In this document: piece after piece, positions 57,978-64,000 of the stretch
Layout: each line of letters opens with the position of its first letter
Numbering within the stretch: the stretch's first letter is position 1
Assembly (NCBI GenBank): GCA_965205215.1
Contig: OZ242041.1
Coordinates: 1,184,001-1,248,000 of the forward strand
Length of the DNA: 64,000 bases
Source of the DNA: Nitrosopumilus sp.
GTDB lineage: Archaea; Thermoproteota; Nitrososphaeria; Nitrososphaerales; Nitrosopumilaceae
Reading direction: 5' to 3'
Notes under the pieces: generated by a model
The model's database searches: none
What the model was told of the DNA's origin: nothing
Seen by the model: only the letters and a program-made list of their open reading frames with translations
Translations under genes and position numbers: made by a program

Positions 57978-58354
57978 AACACTTTTACATATGCTGTACC
58001 ATACTAGTTTTACGGTTCCTGAATGGATGAGTGCTGACGGCGCCCTCGGGTTCCGTTTCTTCATTATGTGATTTGATCGCTATCCTGTGACGTTGTCTGA
58101 TACCATGCCCTTGCAGTGATCCGATGTGATGATCTCATCTACAGTCAGAGGCCTACAGACTACACTTGTGTGTTTCTAGTCCTGATTTCTTAGGCTTCTC
58201 ACTCTGGCCCAAACTCCTCTGTTGGCTGTAATGTGAACTTATCCGATTCCATACCGACTGTTTGCGTATTGGTCTGTAGAACCGGTAGGGTTACCATAGT
58301 TGGCGAGAAACACTTCTGGCTAGATGACTGATATACTTAAGTTGGTTTGAATCA

Positions 58355-61300
58355 ATGGGTGGATCAAGCGGCATGGAGACATCCCTCGGAAAGTTCCAGA
58401 AGTTGTTGCGCGAGATGTTCCAGTTTGACTGCGCCGATCTGGACTTTGGCATCTATCGCATCATGAACCACAAGCGTGATGCCATTGAGAAATTCATACA
58501 GAAGACACTGCCAGAAAGGATTGCCACCGCGCTGGATGACGAATACGAGCAGAAGGCTAGGGCATCGGCAGCCTTGGATGAGATGGCGCAGCGCGTCAAA
58601 AATACGCTCGGGCCGAAAGCCGTAGGACCCGATATGGAGCTGGCCAAAGTCTACTCCGATACTACGATCGGCCGCGAATACCTGAAGGTCAAAGCACGGG
58701 CGGCTGACATGGGTGACCGCGCCGCTGTCGAAGCTGACATCTACATGAAATTGCATGATTTTTTCAGCCGTTACTATCAGGAGGGTGACTTTATATCCAA
58801 ACGCCGCATTTCCGGAAGCCGATACCGTTATGCCGTACCGTATAATGGTGAGGAGGTCTACTTCCACTGGGCCAACAGCGACCAGTACTACGTCAAGACC
58901 GTCGAACATTTTCACGACTACGACTGGCGGGCTCCTGACGGTTCGACTGTCAGGTTCGAGCTTCGGAAAGCCGACGTGGAGCACAACAACATCAAGGGAG
59001 ACAGGCGGTTCTTTCTGCCGATGATCGGCAAGATGCGGTGTGATGGGACAACCAAAAAGGTTGTTGTTCCTTTCGAGTACCGGCCCCTCACGCCTCACGA
59101 AGAGCAAGAATACGGCAAGAGGGGACAGCAGGACAAGATTGTTTCTGCCGCCGCTGAAGCAATTTTGAACAAAGTAAACGCGCTGTCGCCGAACCTTTCT
59201 GTTGCGCTCTGCGGGGGGGGGGGGGGGGTGGAATCACAGCGACAAAGATTCTGTGTCCACTGAAGTACCATCTGAAGCAGTACGTGCAGCGTAATTCATC
59301 CGATTTTTTCATCCACAAGGATCTGAAGGGATTTTTGTCGCGCGAGTTGGATTCTTACCTGAAAAACGAAGTGCTGGACTTGGACGAGATGGAACGCGCG
59401 GGCGAGCAGAGGGCCGAGGGATGGTTCCAGACGATGCGATTGATCAAGTCCGTGGGCAACAGCATCATTGACTTCTTGTCGCAGATCGAGAACTTCCAGA
59501 AGATGCTCTGGGAAAAGCGAAAGTTCGTCACCGGGACCCATTATTGCATCTCGGTGGGAAGCATACCCGCCCGATTCCATCAGACGATTGCCGGAAACGA
59601 GGCGCAGTGGTCCGAATGGCAAGATCTGTTCGGAGTTGGCAAAGACAAGGCGGGTCTCTTCAACGGAGATCAGGATGTGATGGGCAGACGCATTACCTTG
59701 TTGCAAACACATCCCACGCTAATGATTGACACCCAGCACTTTGACCGAGAGTTTACGGATGAACTGCTGGCAGTCTTCGACAATCTGGACGGGATGACGG
59801 ATGGGCTGCTCGTTCACAGCGAAAACTGGCAGGCGCTTAACCTGTTGACGGAGACGTATTCGGAAGACGTAAAGTGCATTTACATCGATCCCCCGTACAA
59901 CACCGACGCATCTGCTATTCTCTACAAGAACGGATACAAGGATTCCTCTTGGCTCTCCCTGATGGAAAACAGGCTTTCGATCTCCTTGAGAGTCTTGGAG
60001 GAAGACGGCATCCTGTGCTCTGCCATAGATGACGTGGAATATTCGAACCTCAACAAACTGCTGAAGAGTGTGTTCGGACACGGATCGAGCCTGGGAAATG
60101 CGGTAGTTCGGAGTGCCCCCTCCGGCCGCTCCACCCCTACGGGCTTCTCCTCGGCGCATGAATACGCCCTGTTTTTCGGCAAGACACATGAGGCAAAAGC
60201 AGGAAAGCTCCACCGATCGCAAAGACAGATAGACCGTTACAAGGAGGAGGATGAGGAGGGGCGCTTTGAGTGGGTTCCTTTCCGCAAGCATGGCGGGGCA
60301 GCCGCGTATAGAGAAAAGCGCCCACGAATGTTTTATCCAATATTTGTTGATGGCAATGGAAACGTGCGCATACCGGCCGCAACTTGGTTCGATGCCAAAG
60401 ACGAATGGCGTGTTGACGACGGTCAGAGGAAGGGTGAGACTACAGTCTGGCCTATCAACAGCGCCGGCGAGGAAAGAAGGTGGAAATGGGGGATGGATAC
60501 GGCGCGAGAAAAGCTATCGGATCTGCGCGCCAAAGCGAACAAACTGGGTAAGACGGACATCTACATGAAATCCCGTATGAAGCAGGGCACTCTGCCGAGG
60601 ACGTGGTGGGATGACAAAAAATATTCCGTGGCAGAGCATGGTACGGCGTTGCTGGCCAAGCTCTTTGGAGATGTGCGAAGCTTCTCTTTCCCCAAGTCCG
60701 ACAAGCTGATCGAAGACTGCCTCTTGGCCTCTGGTTGTGACAGTGAATCGCGTGTCTTGGACTACTTCGCCGGTTCCGGCACTACAGGCCACGCCGTCAT
60801 CAACCTGAACCGGGAAGACGGGGGCCGGCGCAAGTTTATCCTAGTGGAGATGGGCGAGTATTTCGAAACCGTTCTGCTGCCGCGCATCAAGAAGGTGGTA
60901 TATGCATCCGAATGGAAGGAGGGCAAGCCCCTGCGCATGACTAGGCCCAAGGAAGCGAAGCGGGGCCCCCGCATCATCAAATACATGCGCTTGGAATCCT
61001 ACGAGGACGCGCTGGACAACATAGAGTTCGGCCGCGTAATGGGAAAGCAGGCGCAGGTGGACAGGTTCGACGACTATTTGATTAAATACATGCTCACCTG
61101 GGAGAGCAAGGGAAGCAGCACCCTATTGAACGTGGAGGGACTGGCCACTCCCTTCAGCTACACGCTCCGTTTGCATGTTGATGGGGAGACTAGGGCCCAT
61201 GCCGTAGATATTCCAGAAACGTTCAACTACCTGCTGGGGCTGAACGTTCGCTCACGCCGGACGTATGACGACAGTGGCAGACGCTACCTGGCCTACCGTG

Positions 61301-61521
61301 GCGAGATCAACGGCATCTTGGGCAGGACTGTTGCCATCGTCTGGCGGGAAACGGCCGATTGGAAGCAGGGTGACTTTGAGCGTGACAAGGCATTCGTGGC
61401 GGAGCAGAAAATGATCGCGGAGGCGGACGAGATCTACGTCAACGGAGATTCTCTCATTCCAGGAGTAAAACCGGTGGAAAAACTGTTCCGGGCGCGGATG
61501 TTTGCCGGGACGGACGGATGA
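58355..61521 (+). CDS. mod: type III R-M methyltransferase (Mod), frameshifted at a G16 tract (59213-59228)
   Basis: DLDFGIYRIMN and PYNGEEV..HWAN in the first ORF; DFFIHKDL, IDPPY, DYFAGSGTT in the second; G17 or G14 fuses them. Confidence 0.88.
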
Positions 61522-61533
61522 ACGGAGCGGATC

Positions 61534-64000
61534 ATGACCAACGTTCGTCATGTCCGGCAGGACGCGTCAAATCGTGGCCGTTTGGAAAATCGTCTGGTGC
61601 TTTTAGGCTGGTTACACAGCCAGCTCGAGTACGGGTCTACCGCCGAGCTGTTGCGAGACATCAAGGAGGCCGAAGAGGGTTTTGCCTCCGACGGACACAG
61701 CTACGCCTATTCCAGACTGACCTCACGTGTACTGCCCGAAAGAATCAGGGTAAAACTGACAGAATACGACGCGAACATCCGGGCACATCTGAATGCCATA
61801 AACGCCGGCCGTCGCGAACCTTTCACCCTGAAATATTTTCAGTACTTGGCCGTGCTGTACGCCGAAATCTTTCTGGACCACTACTTCAATCACCGCCTCA
61901 CGCTACTGACATCCTTGAATGGGTGGGTTGACCGGTGCAACGAGCAAATTCTGCCCGGCGGGCGCGCATACGAGAAGTTTCGGGAAACCAACCTGAGTAA
62001 GCTCGCTTTTTGGATGGCCACCGGCAGCGGCAAGACATTGGTAATGCATCTCAACTACCTGCAATTCATGCACTACAACAGCGAGCCGCTGGACAACATA
62101 CTGCTGGTCACGCCCAACGAAGGGCTGAGCAACCAGCACATGCGCGAGCTGCGCGACTCCGGCATACCTGCGGCTCGCTTTGACTTGCGCAATGACCGCC
62201 TAGGGATAGGACTCGACTCGGTTAAGGTAATTGAGATTACCAAGCTTGCATCCGAAAAGCGCGGTGAAGGGGCAAGCGTCACAGTTGACGCGTTTGAGGG
62301 AACCAACCTGATTCTCGTGGACGAGGGGCATAAGGGATCCGGCGGGCAGGCATGGCGGAGCGTACGCGACGCTCTGGGCGCGACCGGTTTCACCTTCGAG
62401 TACAGCGCCACCTTCGGGCAGGCATTGACGGCCGCAAAAGACGACGAACTGGTTGAGGAGTATGGGAAGGCCATAGCATTTGACTACCACTACCGCCACT
62501 TTTACGACGACGGGTATGGTAAAGACTTCCATATCATCAATCTGAGAGAGGAGCCGGCCGGGGGCCAGACCGACACACTGCTGCTGGCCAACCTGCTATC
62601 CTTCTATGAGCAGCACCTCATATTTGCGGAACATGGAGAGGAGCTGCGGCCCTACAACGTGGAAAAGCCGCTGTGGGTGTTCGTAGGCAGCAGTGTCCAG
62701 CCCAAACCAACCAAGCGGATGCGCAGTGACATTCTGACTGTCGTACACTTCCTGCACCGCCTGCTGGCCGACAGGAGATGGGCCACAGAAACCATCGGTC
62801 GTCTGCTTGAGGGCAGGTCCGGCTTGGAGGACAACGGCGGGAATGACATCTTTCTTGACAAGTTTCGTTACCTGCGCAACAGCCAAGTCAATACAGCATC
62901 TACATACACAGACATTCTGAAGAGAGTGTTGCATGCAGACTCTCCTGGAGGGCTTCACTTGTACGACATACGAGGCGGCGACGGCGAATTGGGTCTCAAG
63001 GCAGCCGGCTCACAACACTACTTTGGGCTGATCAACATAGGCGATGACAACCAATTCAAAAAACAGGTCGAATCGGACAGCGCGGGCATCGTCATAGAGC
63101 AGGATCCTCTCACGCCGTCGCTGTTCGATGACATCAACAACCCCGACACGAACGTCGAGATACTGATCGGCGCCAAGAAGTTCGCGGAGGGTTGGAACTC
63201 ATGGCGCGTCTCCGCCATGGGGCTGCTCAATATCGGAACAAGTGAGGGCTCCCAGATAATACAGCTGTTCGGGCGAGGTGTTAGGCTGCGCGGTTTGGAC
63301 ATGAGTCTGAAGCGCAGCTCTGCGCTAACCGACATTCGTCCTCCTCCCACTCCGTACATCCGGGAGTTGGAGGTGCTCAACATATTCGCGCTGCGCGCCA
63401 ACTACATGCACCAATTCCGCAAGGATCTGGAGGCAGAAGGCGCCGCCGTTCACGGGACGGTGGAGATTAATCTGCCCATACGTCCAAACCGCGAGCTTCT
63501 GGGGCACGGCTTGGTCGTTCCGCGCCTGTGTGAAGGCGCAAGCTTCTTGGACAACGCCCTGGTTCTCGGCATAGACGCTGGGGTAGACGTCAAGGTGAAC
63601 CTGTCACCCAAGATTGACCTGATAACCAGCGGCGTGGACGGGGTGATGAAAACGTCAGTCATACCGTCCGACTACAAGCGCATCCCTGATGACATCTTGG
63701 ATCTGGTCGACATGTCGGACATCTATGCCGAGCTGTTGGAATACAAGAAGATATCTGGATGGCACAACATGATCGTGCGCCCTGATGCGCCGGAGATGAT
63801 ATTGAGGACGGGCAAGTATCAAATAGCCGCGGACGACTCTGTGCTGCGCCCCGCCTCCTTCGACGATGTGCGGCATCTGCAGAAGGCCGCGGCAATCGTA
63901 GTTACAAAGTACGCAGATCGGTTTTATCGCATACTGAAAGAGCGATGGGCGCGCAATAGGATGTCCTATCAGGCCCTAGATAAGGGTGACTACAATTTCC
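61534..64000 (+). CDS. res: type III R-M restriction subunit (Res), runs off the window
   Basis: Hand translation: FWMATGSGKT, VDEGH, EYSATFGQ, KKFAEGWNSWR, QLFGRGVRL; directly follows mod. Confidence 0.9.
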   Translation, partial: MTNVRHVRQDASNRGRLENRLVLLGWLHSQLEYGSTAELLRDIKEAEEGFASDGHSYAYSRLTSRVLPERIRVKLTEYDANIRAHLNAINAGRREPFTLKYFQYLAVLYAEIFLDHYFNHRLTLLTSLNGWVDRCNEQILPGGRAYEKFRETNLSKLAFWMATGSGKTLVMHLNYLQFMHYNSEPLDNILLVTPNEGLSNQHMRELRDSGIPAARFDLRNDRLGIGLDSVKVIEITKLASEKRGEGASVTVDAFEGTNLILVDEGHKGSGGQAWRSVRDALGATGFTFEYSATFGQALTAAKDDELVEEYGKAIAFDYHYRHFYDDGYGKDFHIINLREEPAGGQTDTLLLANLLSFYEQHLIFAEHGEELRPYNVEKPLWVFVGSSVQPKPTKRMRSDILTVVHFLHRLLADRRWATETIGRLLEGRSGLEDNGGNDIFLDKFRYLRNSQVNTASTYTDILKRVLHADSPGGLHLYDIRGGDGELGLKAAGSQHYFGLINIGDDNQFKKQVESDSAGIVIEQDPLTPSLFDDINNPDTNVEILIGAKKFAEGWNSWRVSAMGLLNIGTSEGSQIIQLFGRGVRLRGLDMSLKRSSALTDIRPPPTPYIRELEVLNIFALRANYMHQFRKDLEAEGAAVHGTVEINLPIRPNRELLGHGLVVPRLCEGASFLDNALVLGIDAGVDVKVNLSPKIDLITSGVDGVMKTSVIPSDYKRIPDDILDLVDMSDIYAELLEYKKISGWHNMIVRPDAPEMILRTGKYQIAADDSVLRPASFDDVRHLQKAAAIVVTKYADRFYRILKERWARNRMSYQALDKGDYNF

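Overview
High-GC archaeal DNA, most consistent with Nitrososphaerota (Nitrosopumilaceae-like). The many surface-protein repeats suggest a host-associated lineage, which is inference. Bases 1-29 kb are core genome: rps27ae/rps24e, apgM, thiD/thiC, the aroE-aroK-aroA-aroC-CM/aminotransferase-tyrA cluster, aIF-1, TFB and XPB-Bax1, plus an intact IS5-family element and a chimeric TFB-core duplicate. Bases 29.6-52 kb hold two giant repeat-rich surface proteins flanking two tandem tyrosine recombinases. Between the recombinases and the second surface gene, two inverted dif-like 11-6-11 sites with matching spacers flank a BRE/TATA promoter that currently points away from that gene. This is the best candidate for a novel system: a fim-like invertible-promoter phase-variation switch in an archaeon. 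Bases 52.4-64 kb are a lower-GC defence-type island: a TIR-domain protein, an Upf1-like helicase with partner, an atypical tRNA, and a type III R-M system whose mod gene is frameshifted at a G16 tract. All calls come from reading the sequence; no searches were run.
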